Source: Polyangiales bacterium (GTDB lineage: Bacteria > Myxococcota_A > Polyangia > Polyangiales > Ga0077539). Taken from it: 64,000 nt of DNA. Below the pieces are notes generated by a model. The model worked only from the letters and a program-made list of their open reading frames with translations. It was not told where the DNA came from and did not search any database. Both the position numbers and the translations under genes were made by a program. The stretch lies in NCBI GenBank assembly GCA_044229975.1, contig JBGARZ010000002.1:224001-288000 (forward strand). The letters run 5' to 3'. Shown in pieces: positions 46,649 to 57,516 of this stretch (positions are counted from its first letter, which is position 1; each line of letters opens with the position of its first letter).

Positions 46649-47497
46649 TCAGGCCTTGCCGGCCGCGAACTTCGTGATGGGGCCCATCGCCATGTACTCG
46701 CCCTTGTGGGCCTTCATCGCGTTGAGCACCATCAGGACCAGGTAGCCCAGCCAGAGCAGCGAGCCGATCATGGCGAGGACGCCCGAGATCTGCGCGAGCA
46801 CCACGCTGATGACGTTGAGCAGGATCGACGATCCGATGCAGAACAGGATCGCCTGCCACGCGTGGAAGCGAACCCAGCGACGCTGCGGCTCCTGGGGCTC
46901 GGTCACCGCGATGATGATCGCAATGATCGGGATGATGTACCCGGCGAGCGCCGCGATGTTGTAGTCGAGGCCGAGCGTCTGGGTCTTCATCCCCGGCGTG
47001 TACGGCGGAACGTCACCACCACCACCACCACCCGCCGGCTGCATGGCGTTGCCCGGCGGGGGGCCGAAGCCACCCGGCTGCTGGCCGTACTGCGGCTGCT
47101 GGGGCTGGGCGCCGAAGCCACCCGGCTGCTGGCCGCCGTACTGCTGCTGTTGCGGCTGCTGGGGCTGAGCGCCAAAGCCACCCTGCTGCGGCTGGCCATA
47201 CTGCTGTTGCGGCTGAGCGCCGAAGCCACCCTGCTGCGGCTGGCCATACTGCGGCTGCTGGGGCTGAGCACCGAAGCCACCCGGCTGCGAACCAGGCTGC
47301 ACGGGCTGAAACCCAGGCATCGCCTGCGTCGCGCCGTAGCCAGGGTTTTGCGGCTGTTGCTGCTGCTGGGGGTAACCCGGCTGCGCCCCGTAGCCGCCCT
47401 GCTGTTGCTGCTGGGGGTAACCTTGCTGGGGGAAGCCCGGTTGACCGCCCGGGGGGTAGCCGCCTGGGGGATATCCGCCGCCCGGAGGTTGCTGCAT
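46649..47497 (-). CDS. Three-TM membrane protein (DUF4870-like) with long Gln/Gly/Pro-rich N-terminus
   Basis: [21 protein letters not shown] and three TM segments; GGAAGGA RBS. Confidence 0.75.
   Translation of the reverse strand: MQQPPGGGYPPGGYPPGGQPGFPQQGYPQQQQQGGYGAQPGYPQQQQQPQNPGYGATQAMPGFQPVQPGSQPGGFGAQPQQPQYGQPQQGGFGAQPQQQYGQPQQGGFGAQPQQPQQQQYGGQQPGGFGAQPQQPQYGQQPGGFGPPPGNAMQPAGGGGGGDVPPYTPGMKTQTLGLDYNIAALAGYIIPIIAIIIAVTEPQEPQRRWVRFHAWQAILFCIGSSILLNVISVVLAQISGVLAMIGSLLWLGYLVLMVLNAMKAHKGEYMAMGPITKFAAGKA
47060..47290 (-). repeat. Coding tandem repeats GGFGAQPQQ(PQ)YGQ(P/Q)
   Basis: About 5 near-identical GGFG(A/P)...YG units. Confidence 0.8.
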
Positions 47498-47664
47498 GGT
47501 GAGCTCGTCCTTCCTTACTGCGCCTCGCCCGAACCTTCCGAGCTGAGCCGGGCGGTACCTTCGCAAACGCGCGCCTCGGGTGTCAACGTCCTGCCCTGTT
47601 GAAACGCGCTCGCGGCGGTGGTTGCGTGGGGCGTCCGTTCGGCGCTATGCCCCGCCCGCGAATC

Positions 47665-47883
47665 ATGACGGAGCGCGCGGCGGACATCGCGATCGTGGTC
47701 AACGGTGAGCCGATGTCGGTGGCCGGGGGCCTCACCGTGCGCGCCCTCCTCGACCACCTGGGCATGCCCGGCCTCGCGGCGGTGGAGCGCAACCGTGAGC
47801 TCGTCCCGCGCGCCCGGCACGCGGTCGAGGTCGTCGAAGGCGGCGACGTGTTGGAGATCGTCCACCTCGTGGGCGGCGGCTGA
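47665..47883 (+). CDS. thiS: Sulfur carrier protein ThiS
   Basis: [23 protein letters not shown]-terminus; directly upstream of thiG. Confidence 0.9.
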   Translation: MTERAADIAIVVNGEPMSVAGGLTVRALLDHLGMPGLAAVERNRELVPRARHAVEVVEGGDVLEIVHLVGGG

Positions 47884-47898
47884 GCGGAGGTCTTGGAG

Positions 47899-48702
47899 AT
47901 GAGCGACGACGCACTCACCATCGGCGGGCGAACCTTCGGGTCGCGCCTCTTCGTGGGCACCGGGAAGTACCGCGACGTCGACGAGACCCGCGCCGCGCTG
48001 CGCGCCTCCGGGGCGACGGTGGTGACTGTTGCGGTGCGCCGCGTCGACCTCACGCAGACCGGGAAGGGGTCGATGTTCGGCATGCTGCGCGAGGAGGGCT
48101 TCGTGCTGCTGCCCAACACCGCCGGCTGCTACACGGCCGACGACGCCGCGCGCTGCGCGCGCCTCGGGCGAGAGGCCGCCGAGACCGACCTCGTGAAGCT
48201 GGAGGTCATCGGCGACCCGAAGACGCTCTTCCCCGACACCGAGGCGCTCGTGGCGGCTGCGCGTGTGCTGGTGAAGGAAGGCTTCTTCGTGCTGCCGTAC
48301 ACCAACGACGACCCCATCGTGGCGCGCAAGCTCGCCGACGTCGGTTGCCCCGCGGTGATGCCCCTCGGCGCGCCCATCGGCTCGGGCCTCGGCATCCGCA
48401 ACCCGCACAACCTCCGCATCCTCATGGAGACGGTGAGCGTTCCGGTCATCGTCGACGCGGGCGTCGGGACGGCCAGCGACGCCGCCGTCGCGATGGAGCT
48501 TGGCGCCGACGGCGTGCTCATGAACACCGCCATCGCCCTCGCGAAGAACCCCGTGCAGATGGCCGCTGCCATGAAGCTCGGGGTCGAGGCTGGTCGCCTC
48601 GCGTTCCTCGCGGGTCGGATGGAGCGGAAGCTCTACGCCAACGCGAGCTCGCCCCTCACCGGGACCATCGCCTCGTCCGCGTCGCCGCTCTCCATCGAGT
48701 GA
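47899..48702 (+). CDS. thiG: Thiazole synthase
   Basis: [46 protein letters not shown]. Confidence 0.96.
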   Translation: MSDDALTIGGRTFGSRLFVGTGKYRDVDETRAALRASGATVVTVAVRRVDLTQTGKGSMFGMLREEGFVLLPNTAGCYTADDAARCARLGREAAETDLVKLEVIGDPKTLFPDTEALVAAARVLVKEGFFVLPYTNDDPIVARKLADVGCPAVMPLGAPIGSGLGIRNPHNLRILMETVSVPVIVDAGVGTASDAAVAMELGADGVLMNTAIALAKNPVQMAAAMKLGVEAGRLAFLAGRMERKLYANASSPLTGTIASSASPLSIE

Positions 48703-48950
48703 TGGTCGGCCTTCGTTCGTTCGCGCTGCTCGCTCTCCTGGGAGCGCCGCTCCAGTGCCCGTCGCGCGCCCAGCCTGAGCTCGCCCGCGAGGACGGCCCC
48801 GACGAGGCGCTGTGGACTCTCGCCGAGCGCTTCGGTCGGGAAGGCAACGAGCCAGCGCGGCGCACCACGCTCCAGCAGCTCGTCGAGCGCTACCCGAGCT
48901 CGCGGTACAGCGCTCGCGCGTCGCTGGCCCTCGCCGACGCCGGGCGATGA
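48702..48950 (+). CDS. Small exported TPR-like protein
   Basis: Start overlaps the thiG stop (TGATG), stop overlaps the thiE start (ATGA); signal-like leader; LVERYPSSRYS TPR-type motif. Confidence 0.6.
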   Translation: MVGLRSFALLALLGAPLQCPSRAQPELAREDGPDEALWTLAERFGREGNEPARRTTLQQLVERYPSSRYSARASLALADAGR

Positions 48951-49564
48951 ACGCGCTGCCGCGGTTGTGGCTCTGCGCGGACGTCGACGGCGTCGCCGCC
49001 GCCGAGCTCATCGCGCGCACCCGCGACGCCCTTCGGTCGGGGCCCTCGGTGGTCTGGCTGCGCTCTCCCCAGGGTTGGCCCGCCGGGCCGCTCGCCTCGC
49101 TCGCCTCGTCGCTCATGGACGCGGTCGGTGCGAGCGCGTCGCTGTTGTTGGTGGGCGATCGGGTCGACGTTGCGCTCGCGGCCGGCGCGCACGGCGTGCA
49201 CCTCACCGAGCGCAGCCTCGCGGTCTCGGACGTGCGTCGACTCCTCGGCCACGAGCGACTGGTCTCGCAAGCGGTTCATGATGCCGCGGGCATCGACCGG
49301 GCGCGGGTCGGCGTGGATGCCATGGTGCTCTCGCCCTTCGGACCGGTTGCGGGGAAGGGACCTGCCCTCGGTGCACCGGGCTTCGCGGCGCTGCGAAACA
49401 GGGCGCCCGAGGTGTTCACTGTCGCGTTGGGTGGTGTGACCGATGCGGAGGTCGTGACGGCCGCGCTCGCGGCGGGCGCGGATGGGGTCGCGGTGCGGCG
49501 GGCCCTGTTGGAGTCGACCGACGTCGCTGAGGCCGTCGCGGCGCTACGCCGTGCGATGTCTTGA
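48947..49564 (+). CDS. thiE: Thiamine phosphate synthase (ThiE/TenI family)
   Basis: DRVDVALAAGAHGVHL, AVH, ALGGV, GADGVAV; in the thi operon. Could instead be TenI-like. Confidence 0.7.
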   Translation: MNALPRLWLCADVDGVAAAELIARTRDALRSGPSVVWLRSPQGWPAGPLASLASSLMDAVGASASLLLVGDRVDVALAAGAHGVHLTERSLAVSDVRRLLGHERLVSQAVHDAAGIDRARVGVDAMVLSPFGPVAGKGPALGAPGFAALRNRAPEVFTVALGGVTDAEVVTAALAAGADGVAVRRALLESTDVAEAVAALRRAMS

Positions 49565-49598
49565 CCCCTGCGCGCGTTGGTGCGATCGAACCGCGGCC

Positions 49599-50180
49599 AT
49601 GAAAGCCCTCTGCGTCGCTCTCGGACTCTCGTTGCTCGTCTGCCCCCCGCTCGCGAGCGCGCAGACCGAGCCTCGGTATCTGCCGCAGGTGCGAACCGAG
49701 CTCACCGCGATGGGCTACACGGCGCAGTGCGCGGCCGTGAGCGCGACGGTGGGCACCTGCCGCGTCGAGCACGTCGGGGCCCAGGCCGCGGGCGCGACCA
49801 GCGCCGGGCGACGCTTCGAGCTGGTGGTGGAGTACAGCGACGTGACCGACACCGTGTACGCGTACCTCGCTCGCTACGCGACGCTGCGGGTCGAGCAGCC
49901 CAACGCCACCACGGCCTTCCGCCGCATCGCCGAGATGAACTGGGAGATGCTCGTGGGGAAGTTCGAGTGGAACGCGGCGTCAGGCGAGCTCCGCCTCGGC
50001 ACCGTGATGCACACCGACTCCAACTTCGACCGTCGTGCCTTCCGCGGTGCGGTGCGCTCGCTGCTGCGGCTGGGTGATCGATACGCCGACGAGGTCGGTC
50101 GTCTCACGGCTGGGACGGTGGGCGAAGCGCCCGCGATCGCGCCGGGCACCACGATGGCGCCCATCGCCGCTCCGCGCTGA
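49599..50180 (+). CDS. Exported YbjN-like domain protein
   Basis: Signal peptide ending ASA; EMNWEMLVGKFEWN...GELRL resembles the YbjN/T3S-chaperone fold. Confidence 0.55.
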   Translation: MKALCVALGLSLLVCPPLASAQTEPRYLPQVRTELTAMGYTAQCAAVSATVGTCRVEHVGAQAAGATSAGRRFELVVEYSDVTDTVYAYLARYATLRVEQPNATTAFRRIAEMNWEMLVGKFEWNAASGELRLGTVMHTDSNFDRRAFRGAVRSLLRLGDRYADEVGRLTAGTVGEAPAIAPGTTMAPIAAPR

Positions 50181-50189
50181 AGGACTGCG

Positions 50190-51074
50190 CTACTGGCGCA
50201 GCGGCGCGCGAAACACCACAAGGCCATCGCCCGGAGCGAGCGAAGGCGCCGGGGTCACCGCGGCGCCCCACTGCATCGCGCCGTTGTTCTCGGCGAAGGT
50301 GAAGGTGAACGACTCCCCGCGCGTGAGCCGCGCCGCGGTGTTGCCAGGGATGCGCGGCAGCAGCGAGTCGGGCACCAGCATGGCGGCGGGCACGTCGCTG
50401 TCCTGACCCGACGGCACGATTCGACCGCCGTGCCAGAAGCCCACCGCGAGCTGCACCCGATCGCGCAACGTCGTGATGTTGAGCGCCTGGCGGATGGCCT
50501 TGGCCACCATGCCGTAGGTCATCGCGCCGACGAGCGCGCCGAGCACCGGCCCGTCGGGCGTCGCACGCAGCGGAACCGCTGACAGCATGTATCCGCGCAT
50601 CGGCGCACCTTCCATGGTCACGAAGTCGCCCGTGCACGACCCTGCCGTGCCCGCGAGCGCGGCGCCCACGCAGGCGAAGGGCGTACGCAGATCGAGGCCC
50701 GGAAGGTAGTCCCTCCCCGGCTCGCGATCGCCCGCGAGGCCCTTCCCGTCGGGGCCCACCACGCCGACGAAGTACGTGGGGTAGAGCGAGAGCTGGCGAC
50801 CGTTGGCGCTGCGGTCGTCGTGGAGGTCGCGCACCCGGTTGCGCAGGCGGCCCACGTCGAAGGGCGCGTCGAAGCCCGAGATCACCGTCGGCGCGGCGTT
50901 GGTGAGCGTCGTCTGGAGCCCGTTGGTGAGGCGCCCGAGCGCTTCGAGGCCCTCGCGGGTGTGAGCCTGCGCGTGCGTCGCAGCCTCCCGACCGACCGCG
51001 TCGTTGTTGCCCTTGGAGCAACCGAGGCCGCACAGCACCAGCACCCAGGACCATCGCGTGTTCATCGCCGTCAT
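50190..51074 (-). CDS. Hypothetical lipoprotein (possible Cache/PAS-like fold)
   Basis: Lipobox LCGLGC; VVGPDGKGLA and SAVPL...VLGALVG resemble Cache domains. Confidence 0.55.
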   Translation of the reverse strand: MTAMNTRWSWVLVLCGLGCSKGNNDAVGREAATHAQAHTREGLEALGRLTNGLQTTLTNAAPTVISGFDAPFDVGRLRNRVRDLHDDRSANGRQLSLYPTYFVGVVGPDGKGLAGDREPGRDYLPGLDLRTPFACVGAALAGTAGSCTGDFVTMEGAPMRGYMLSAVPLRATPDGPVLGALVGAMTYGMVAKAIRQALNITTLRDRVQLAVGFWHGGRIVPSGQDSDVPAAMLVPDSLLPRIPGNTAARLTRGESFTFTFAENNGAMQWGAAVTPAPSLAPGDGLVVFRAPLRQ

Positions 51075-51134
51075 CGCTCTCTACCGACACCGCCGACCGC
51101 CGACGGTTCCCGCTTCATCGAGTACCACATCACT

Positions 51135-52334
51135 TCACTCGTACCGGAGCGCTTCGACGGGGTCGAGCTGCGCCGCCCGACGCGCCGGAACCACCCCCGA
51201 CACCACGCCCGTCACGAAGGAGCTGCCGAAGGCGACGGCGGCGATCCAGGGCGAGAGGGCGACCGGGACGTCGGGCGCGTAGCGGCGCACGAGGAAGATG
51301 ATGAGCGCCCCGGTGCCGAGACCGACGGCTCCGCCGATGGTGGAGATCACCACGCTCTCCAACAAGAACTGCCAGAGGATGTCCTGCTGCGTGGCCCCGA
51401 CGGCGCGGCGCACGCCGATCTCGCGGGTGCGCTCGCGGACGCTCACCAGCATGATGTTCATGATGCCGATGCCGCCAACCACGAGGGAGATGGAGGCGAT
51501 GGCGAGCAGCACCATGGTCATCGCGCCAGTGATGGCGCCGAAGGTCTTGAGCAGGTCTTCCTGGCTCTGGACGGTGAACGATCGCTCGCCGTTGCGGCGC
51601 CGCGCGAGCACCTCCTCGATCTCCGCAATGGCCGCGGCGGTCTCCTCCTTCGAGCGCGCCGCCGTCACGAGCTGCGAGACGTGATCGAGACCGAAGAGGT
51701 CCATCGCGGAGGTCGCAGGGATGAAGACGAGGTCGTCGAGGTCGAAGCCGAGCGAGCGACCCTTGGGCTCCATCACGCCGACCACGCGAAAGCGCCCGCC
51801 CGCGATGCGCACCGGCTGACCGAGCGGGCTCTCGTCGCCGAAGAGTTCCTGCACCACGCGGCGGCCCAGGACGGCCACGCGGCGGCGCGAGGTGATGTCC
51901 TCCTCGCGCACGAACTCCCCCGCGTCGACGTGCATGTTGCGCAGGTCGCTGAAGGCCGGGCCGACGCCCAGCACCATGGTGTCGCGCTGCCGGTTGCGAA
52001 AGCGCACCGCGCCGCCGCCCTGCACCATCGGCGACACGCCGCGCAGCAGCGACGCCTGACGACTCAGCGCGCGGGCGTCGTCCATGGTGAGCGGGCGCGC
52101 GAGCCCCTGCGCAGGCGGACCAAACCCGCGGGTCTCGGTGCGGCCCGGAACCACGCTGAGCAGGTTGCTGCCGATGCCCGAGAGCGTGTTGTTGAGGTAC
52201 ACGCGGGCACCATCACCGACGCTCACCAGCAGCGTGACCGCGAGAACGCCGATGACCACGCCCAGCATCGTGAGAGCGGCGCGAAGCTTGTTGGCGCTGA
52301 GGGCCAGAAGCGCGCTGAGCATGTGCTCGAACAC
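51135..52334 (-). CDS. MacB/FtsX-family ABC transporter permease
   Basis: LRAALTMLGVVIG, GGIGIMNIMLVSVRERTREIG, PARRAAQLDPVEALRYE. Confidence 0.93.
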   Translation of the reverse strand: MFEHMLSALLALSANKLRAALTMLGVVIGVLAVTLLVSVGDGARVYLNNTLSGIGSNLLSVVPGRTETRGFGPPAQGLARPLTMDDARALSRQASLLRGVSPMVQGGGAVRFRNRQRDTMVLGVGPAFSDLRNMHVDAGEFVREEDITSRRRVAVLGRRVVQELFGDESPLGQPVRIAGGRFRVVGVMEPKGRSLGFDLDDLVFIPATSAMDLFGLDHVSQLVTAARSKEETAAAIAEIEEVLARRRNGERSFTVQSQEDLLKTFGAITGAMTMVLLAIASISLVVGGIGIMNIMLVSVRERTREIGVRRAVGATQQDILWQFLLESVVISTIGGAVGLGTGALIIFLVRRYAPDVPVALSPWIAAVAFGSSFVTGVVSGVVPARRAAQLDPVEALRYE

Positions 52335-52335
52335 G

Positions 52336-53043
52336 TCAGTGCCCCTCCAGCGGCGCGCCGTCGTGGACGAGCTGACCGTCGACCAGCTTGATGTTGCGCC
52401 GCGCGCGTCGGGCCATCGCGGGGTCGTGGGTGACGATCACCACCGTGACGCCGAGGTCGCTGTTGAGCGCCTCGAAGAGCTTGACGATCTCCTGGCCTAC
52501 CTTCTGATCGAGGTTGCCGGTGGGCTCGTCGCAGAGCAGCAGCGCGGGCTTCGTGACGATGGCGCGCGCGATGGCCACCCGCTGCCGCTCGCCGCCCGAG
52601 AGGCGATCGGGCGGATGATCCCAGCGGTGGCCGAGGCCCACCCGGTCGAGCGCCTCGCGGGCGCGGCTGCGTCGCTCGCGCACGCCGACGCCGGCGTAGC
52701 GCAGCGGGAGCGCGACGTTGTCCACCGCGCTCGTCCTCGCCAGCAGATTGAACGACTGGAACACGAAGCCGATGAAGCGGTTGCGGAGCGAGGCGAGCTC
52801 GTCGTCGTCGAGCGTTCCGACGTCGTAGCCCGCGAGCCGGTACGTGCCGCGCGACGGCGTGTCGAGGCACCCGAGCTGGTACATCATCGTGCTCTTGCCG
52901 CTGCCCGACGGGCCGATGATGGCGACGTACTCGCCGCGCTCGATGGTGAAGCTCACGCCCCGCAGCGCCCTCACCTCCTCCTCGCCGAGCGTAAACGACC
53001 GCTCCAGATCGATGACCTCCATCAGCGGTCCACCCTCGCTCAT
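52336..53043 (-). CDS. ABC transporter ATP-binding protein (LolD/MacB type)
   Basis: [42 protein letters not shown]; start overlaps the upstream stop (ATGA). Confidence 0.93.
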   Translation of the reverse strand: MSEGGPLMEVIDLERSFTLGEEEVRALRGVSFTIERGEYVAIIGPSGSGKSTMMYQLGCLDTPSRGTYRLAGYDVGTLDDDELASLRNRFIGFVFQSFNLLARTSAVDNVALPLRYAGVGVRERRSRAREALDRVGLGHRWDHPPDRLSGGERQRVAIARAIVTKPALLLCDEPTGNLDQKVGQEIVKLFEALNSDLGVTVVIVTHDPAMARRARRNIKLVDGQLVHDGAPLEGH

Positions 53044-54209
53044 CGCGGGGCTGTCCCACCTCGATCGACCGACGACACCCTCACCGCCGACCCGTCGCGC
53101 AGACCCTCGACGTTGGTGTTGAGGATCACCACCTCGCCGGGTCGCAGCCCGTCGACGACCTCCACCGACTCCCACGTGGCAACGCCGACGCGCACCGTCC
53201 GACGCTGCGCCTTGCCCTCCGTGACGACGTAGACGGCGCGGTCGGTTCCGCGACCCACGACCGCGATGGGCGGGACGAAGATCACGTCGCTGCGCGTGGC
53301 GGCGATCACGTCCGCGTCGGCGCTCATCCCGACCCGCAGCCGCGCGTCTGTCGGCAGCTCGACCCGGATGGCGATGGAGCGATTGCCCCGACCGTCGGCC
53401 GTCACGCTTGGCGCGATCTCCTGCACGCGACCCGCGATGCGGTCGTTGGGAAACGCGTCGAGCGACACCTCCGCGATGAGCCCGACGGTCACCCGACCGA
53501 GGTCGGCCTCGTCGACGTCCGTGTCGAGGTGCAACCGCGACACGTCCGCGAGCGCCAACAGCGGACCGCCCGGCGCCGTCACCTCCCCCTCCTCCACGCT
53601 CGTCGTCAGCACCATCCCCGCGAAGGGGGCGCGCACCACGGAGCGGCTCATCGCCCCCCGCGCCATCGCGACGTTGGCGACCCCCTGCGCCCTCGCTGCT
53701 TCCGCCGCCGACACTGCCCGCAGCGCGACCTCCGCCTGCCCCGCGAGCGTCTCGGCTTCCGCGGTCGGTGCGGCCCCGCTCTCACTGAGCCGCCCGATGC
53801 GAGCGGCCGTGCGCTGGGCCAGCCGTGCGCTCGACTCGGCCTGCGCCCGCTGCGCCCCCGCGACGAGCACCCCGGTCTCGGCGCTGTGCAGCCGGTCGCG
53901 CAGGTCGGACGTGTCGTAGGTCACCAGCGGCTCACCTGCCGCCACGCGCTCGCCGCGTCGGTGATGCAACCGCACCACGCGCCCGGCGATCTCCGCCCGC
54001 AGCATCGCCTCACGCTCGGCCGCGATGCGACCCGTCGACACCGACGACACCAGGTCGCGCACGCTCCCACGCCGCACCTGCCACGCCCGCACCGCGAGGC
54101 CCTCTGGGGGTCGTCGCTTCTTCCAGACGACCCCGCCGGCGACCAGCGCCGCGGCGACGAGCAGCCACGCCACCCAACCGCGACGCTTGCGCCGGAGGCT
54201 CTCAGCCAC
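53040..54209 (-). CDS. Efflux periplasmic adaptor (MacA/HlyD family)
   Basis: N-terminal TM, lipoyl halves (IAGRV...[17 protein letters not shown]), VDEAD, LRVGMSA, GLRPGE. Confidence 0.88.
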   Translation of the reverse strand: MAESLRRKRRGWVAWLLVAAALVAGGVVWKKRRPPEGLAVRAWQVRRGSVRDLVSSVSTGRIAAEREAMLRAEIAGRVVRLHHRRGERVAAGEPLVTYDTSDLRDRLHSAETGVLVAGAQRAQAESSARLAQRTAARIGRLSESGAAPTAEAETLAGQAEVALRAVSAAEAARAQGVANVAMARGAMSRSVVRAPFAGMVLTTSVEEGEVTAPGGPLLALADVSRLHLDTDVDEADLGRVTVGLIAEVSLDAFPNDRIAGRVQEIAPSVTADGRGNRSIAIRVELPTDARLRVGMSADADVIAATRSDVIFVPPIAVVGRGTDRAVYVVTEGKAQRRTVRVGVATWESVEVVDGLRPGEVVILNTNVEGLRDGSAVRVSSVDRGGTAPR

Positions 54210-54924
54210 CGCGAACTCCGACTTCCCAGCGCGCGAAGATGGCGTCCATCGTCTCCGGGCTCTCGCAGGCGGCGCCGCGTGCGTCCTCCTCCAACCTCGC
54301 ATCGGCGGGCATCAGGTGGCGCCCGCGAAACAGCACCGCGCGCATCCCCGCATCCCTCGCGCCGACGTAGTCCGCCGACCACGAATCGCCCACGTGGACG
54401 ATGTCCGCGGGTGCGACGCCGAGGCGCTCGGCGGTCCAATCGAAGATCGCCCGATCGGGCTTCTCCATCCCGAGCGCGCCGCTGTCGGCGACCACGTCGA
54501 AGTCGGCGCTCCACCCCATCTCTTCGATGAGAAACGCGAGGGCCCCCTCGGAGTTGGAGATCACCCCGACGGGCACTCCCCTCGCCCGCAGCGCGCGCAC
54601 CCGCTCGATCATCCCAACGATGGGACGCCGCCACAGGTTGCGCCGCGGCTGCTCGGTGAAGAGCCATTCCGCGAGCGGTGAGACGGAGGCATCGGCCACC
54701 CCGACGCTCCGCAGCAGCGTCGACATCAGAAGCACCCACGGGTGACCGCCGAGGCCCTCGCGAATCGCCTCGTTGTACCGGCGCCACATCGCAGGTCGCG
54801 CGTCTTCGAGCGCGTCGGGCGACACCGTCACGCCACGCTCGGCGAGGCGCGCAGCGAGCATCGCGGTGTCCATCTCGGCGAGCGTCTGTCCGAAGTCGAA
54901 GGTCACCGCGCGCACGACCGTCAC
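54202..54924 (-). CDS. HAD-superfamily hydrolase (subfamily IA)
   Basis: FDFGQTL, VISN, EKPDRAIF, HVGDSWSADYVGARDAG; start overlaps the GH31 stop (GTGA). Confidence 0.88.
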   Translation of the reverse strand: MTVVRAVTFDFGQTLAEMDTAMLAARLAERGVTVSPDALEDARPAMWRRYNEAIREGLGGHPWVLLMSTLLRSVGVADASVSPLAEWLFTEQPRRNLWRRPIVGMIERVRALRARGVPVGVISNSEGALAFLIEEMGWSADFDVVADSGALGMEKPDRAIFDWTAERLGVAPADIVHVGDSWSADYVGARDAGMRAVLFRGRHLMPADARLEEDARGAACESPETMDAIFARWEVGVRGG

Positions 54925-57491
54925 GTGGCTCCGCGGACGATCTGCGCCTCGCCCGCGCCCTCCTGCACGACCCACACGACCCCGCGCATCGTGTCGACGT
55001 CCCAGCACCGGGTGCAGCGCCCGTCGCGCGCATCGGCGTTGCGCGTGAGGCCACTGCCTCCGACCGTCACACCCGTCACCATGCTCGCCGCGGTGCCCGC
55101 GACCAGCTCGCTTCGAAGCACCGATACGGTGCCCGTCGGCTGCCACGCGATGGTCCACCCGGTCGAGGTGCGCTCGACCCGCACGTTGGCGTCGGTGCCG
55201 AGCGCGCGCATCGTGGCCGTCGCGCCGGGGAAGGCCCTCATCCGACGGATCGTCGCGCGATCGGAGAGATCCACCACCTGGTCACCCTCGGTCGGCACCA
55301 GCGACTGAACCTCCTGCGGGTTCATCGGCACCACCGTCCCCTCGCGCACCAGCAGCACGGGCTGCCCGATCGGCGCCGCGATGGTCGCGTCGCTCCGCCC
55401 TTCGTACGACGTCCCCGTCCACCAGTGGACCCAGCGCCCAGGCGGCACCCGCACCGCGCGCGTCGTCGCATCGGCAGTCACCACCGGCGCCACGAAGAGG
55501 TCATCACCGAGCAGGTACGCCTCCGGGTCGCGCGCCGACATCGCGTCGTCGGGGAAGGCCACGGCCGCCGACACCAACGGCGGAACGCCCGTCGCCGAGG
55601 CCCGCAGCGCGTGCTCGATGTAGTACGGCGTGAGGTCGTCGTGGAGCCGCGCCAGGCCGCGGTAGATGCGCGTGGCGTCCTCGTCATACGACCACGGGTT
55701 GTGCGACTCGCCGCCGCCGCCGAGTTGCATGAAGGGGCTCAGCGCCGTGTGCTCGGCCCAGCGCAGCAGCACCTCCTTGGTGGGCCTGCCCCCGCGGTAG
55801 CCGCCGGTGTCCGACGCGTAGCTGGGGAACCCGCTCTCGGCGAGCGACACCATGCCGTGAATGGCCGCGCGCAGGCCGCCCACGTTGACCTCGTCGTGGT
55901 TGGAGAGGTCGTTGTCGAGGTCGCCCGGCCAGATGAGGTCGGAGATGGCCTGACCGCCCCACGACGACGCGCGCCCCAGGAGGAATCCGTCGCCGCCCGC
56001 CCACCGGTCGAGCGCCGCGCGGTAGGCCGCGTGATAGCCCTGCGGGTAGAACCAATGGCCGCGCCGCTCGGTGTCGCCGTTGAAGAAGCGGAAGCCGGGC
56101 CGCGTGCCGATGAGCTCGCTGACGACGTCCTCGGCGTAGTCGAGCTTGAAGCCGCGCGCCCCGAGCTCGATGACGGGACGAAGCTGCTGCACCCAGAACT
56201 CTGTCGCGGCGGGGTTGGTCCAGTCGAGCGGCGAGCCGTTGGCGTTGGACATGCCGCTCGGGCCGCCGTAGCGCGTCGGCGTGATGTACGGGCGGCCGCT
56301 CGACGAGCGCACGAGGAGGTTCTGCTCGCGGGCCTGCACCCAGAGGCGTTCGGCGGGGTTTTGCGGCGTCTCGCCGTCGGTCACCGCGTCGAGGAAGGGA
56401 ACGCTCCAGAAGATGCTGCGGAACCCCAGCGACCGCAGCGTCGCCATCATCGCCTCGGGCTCGCGGAAGCGGACGCGGTCGATGGTGTGGTCGGAGTAGG
56501 AGGTCTGCCAGGGGTTGTCGATCCAGATGGTCGACGTCGGGATGCCTTCGGAGCGCAGCCGCCGCGCGTCTTCCAACACCTGCGCGTCGTTGTCCCAGGC
56601 GTTGCGCCACTGCTGATGCCCGAACGACCACCGCGGCGGCATCCGCGGCAACCCCGTGAGGCGCGTGTACGCCGCGATGACCCCGCGCGGCGTCGCCTGC
56701 GCGAAGAGGTGCAGCGTCGCGCGGGTGCCCTCGAAGCGTGCGCTCCAGCGCCCCGGCTCGGTCGCCCCCACGTCGAAGGCGCCCGCTTCGTAGGTCTCCA
56801 CGAAGACGCCGTAGCCCTTTGTCGACACCATGAAGGGCACCGGTACGTGCGCCTCGTTGGTGCCCGACTCCGACTGCCCCGACACATGGAACTGCGCCGG
56901 CACCACCCGACCACGCGCGTCGAAGCCCGCGAACTGCTCGCCGAGACCGTGGTAGCCGCCGTCGTCCATCGGCGCGTCGAAGCGCAGCATCGCCACGTCG
57001 GGCCCGCGCGCCTCGACCGCCAGCGACAGCACGTCGTCGTTGGTGCGCGTCAGTCGCAGCACCACGTCGCCTGTCGACGGGTGCGTGAGCGTGACCGTCC
57101 CGGCGGCCTCGTCGACCGAGCGCACCTCCGTCGGCACCACCCACTCGATGCCCGCGGGGTTGGCCTGCCGCGGGTCGTGAAAGCGCGTCGGGCTGATGCC
57201 TCCCGAGCGCGTCCCGATGACCACCAGCGGCATCGCCTCCGGGCTCTCGATGAGCCCCGTCGACGCGCGCCTCAATCGCAGCCGCGCGGGCGATCCCGCG
57301 AGCGTCGCTTCGAAGCCCGACCCCATCGCGCGGAGGCTCCACGGAATGGCCGGAGCGGGCGCGTCGATGCCCGCCTCCGTCGCGTCGGTGGTGACGTCGA
57401 CCACGCGAGCGTCCATCGCGCCGCCGCTGGGCACGTCGTCGTCGCAGGCGATGGGAAGGAGGGAAGCGAAGAGAAGGAGCGCGCGCTTCAT
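54921..57491 (-). CDS. Glycoside hydrolase family 31 lipoprotein
   Basis: Lipobox PIAC; GLGEQ, VPFMVS, PPRWSFG, WIDNPW, FKLDYAE, WPGD, DTGGY, YLLGDDLFVAPV, PPGRW. Confidence 0.9.
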   Translation of the reverse strand: MKRALLLFASLLPIACDDDVPSGGAMDARVVDVTTDATEAGIDAPAPAIPWSLRAMGSGFEATLAGSPARLRLRRASTGLIESPEAMPLVVIGTRSGGISPTRFHDPRQANPAGIEWVVPTEVRSVDEAAGTVTLTHPSTGDVVLRLTRTNDDVLSLAVEARGPDVAMLRFDAPMDDGGYHGLGEQFAGFDARGRVVPAQFHVSGQSESGTNEAHVPVPFMVSTKGYGVFVETYEAGAFDVGATEPGRWSARFEGTRATLHLFAQATPRGVIAAYTRLTGLPRMPPRWSFGHQQWRNAWDNDAQVLEDARRLRSEGIPTSTIWIDNPWQTSYSDHTIDRVRFREPEAMMATLRSLGFRSIFWSVPFLDAVTDGETPQNPAERLWVQAREQNLLVRSSSGRPYITPTRYGGPSGMSNANGSPLDWTNPAATEFWVQQLRPVIELGARGFKLDYAEDVVSELIGTRPGFRFFNGDTERRGHWFYPQGYHAAYRAALDRWAGGDGFLLGRASSWGGQAISDLIWPGDLDNDLSNHDEVNVGGLRAAIHGMVSLAESGFPSYASDTGGYRGGRPTKEVLLRWAEHTALSPFMQLGGGGESHNPWSYDEDATRIYRGLARLHDDLTPYYIEHALRASATGVPPLVSAAVAFPDDAMSARDPEAYLLGDDLFVAPVVTADATTRAVRVPPGRWVHWWTGTSYEGRSDATIAAPIGQPVLLVREGTVVPMNPQEVQSLVPTEGDQVVDLSDRATIRRMRAFPGATATMRALGTDANVRVERTSTGWTIAWQPTGTVSVLRSELVAGTAASMVTGVTVGGSGLTRNADARDGRCTRCWDVDTMRGVVWVVQEGAGEAQIVRGAT

Positions 57492-57516
57492 GGCGGCGCA
57501 GGATATCCGAACTAGG

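Noticed and set aside
47498..47664. TPP riboswitch upstream of thiS
   Set aside because: A GCTGAG is present, but the rest of the TPP aptamer consensus could not be found
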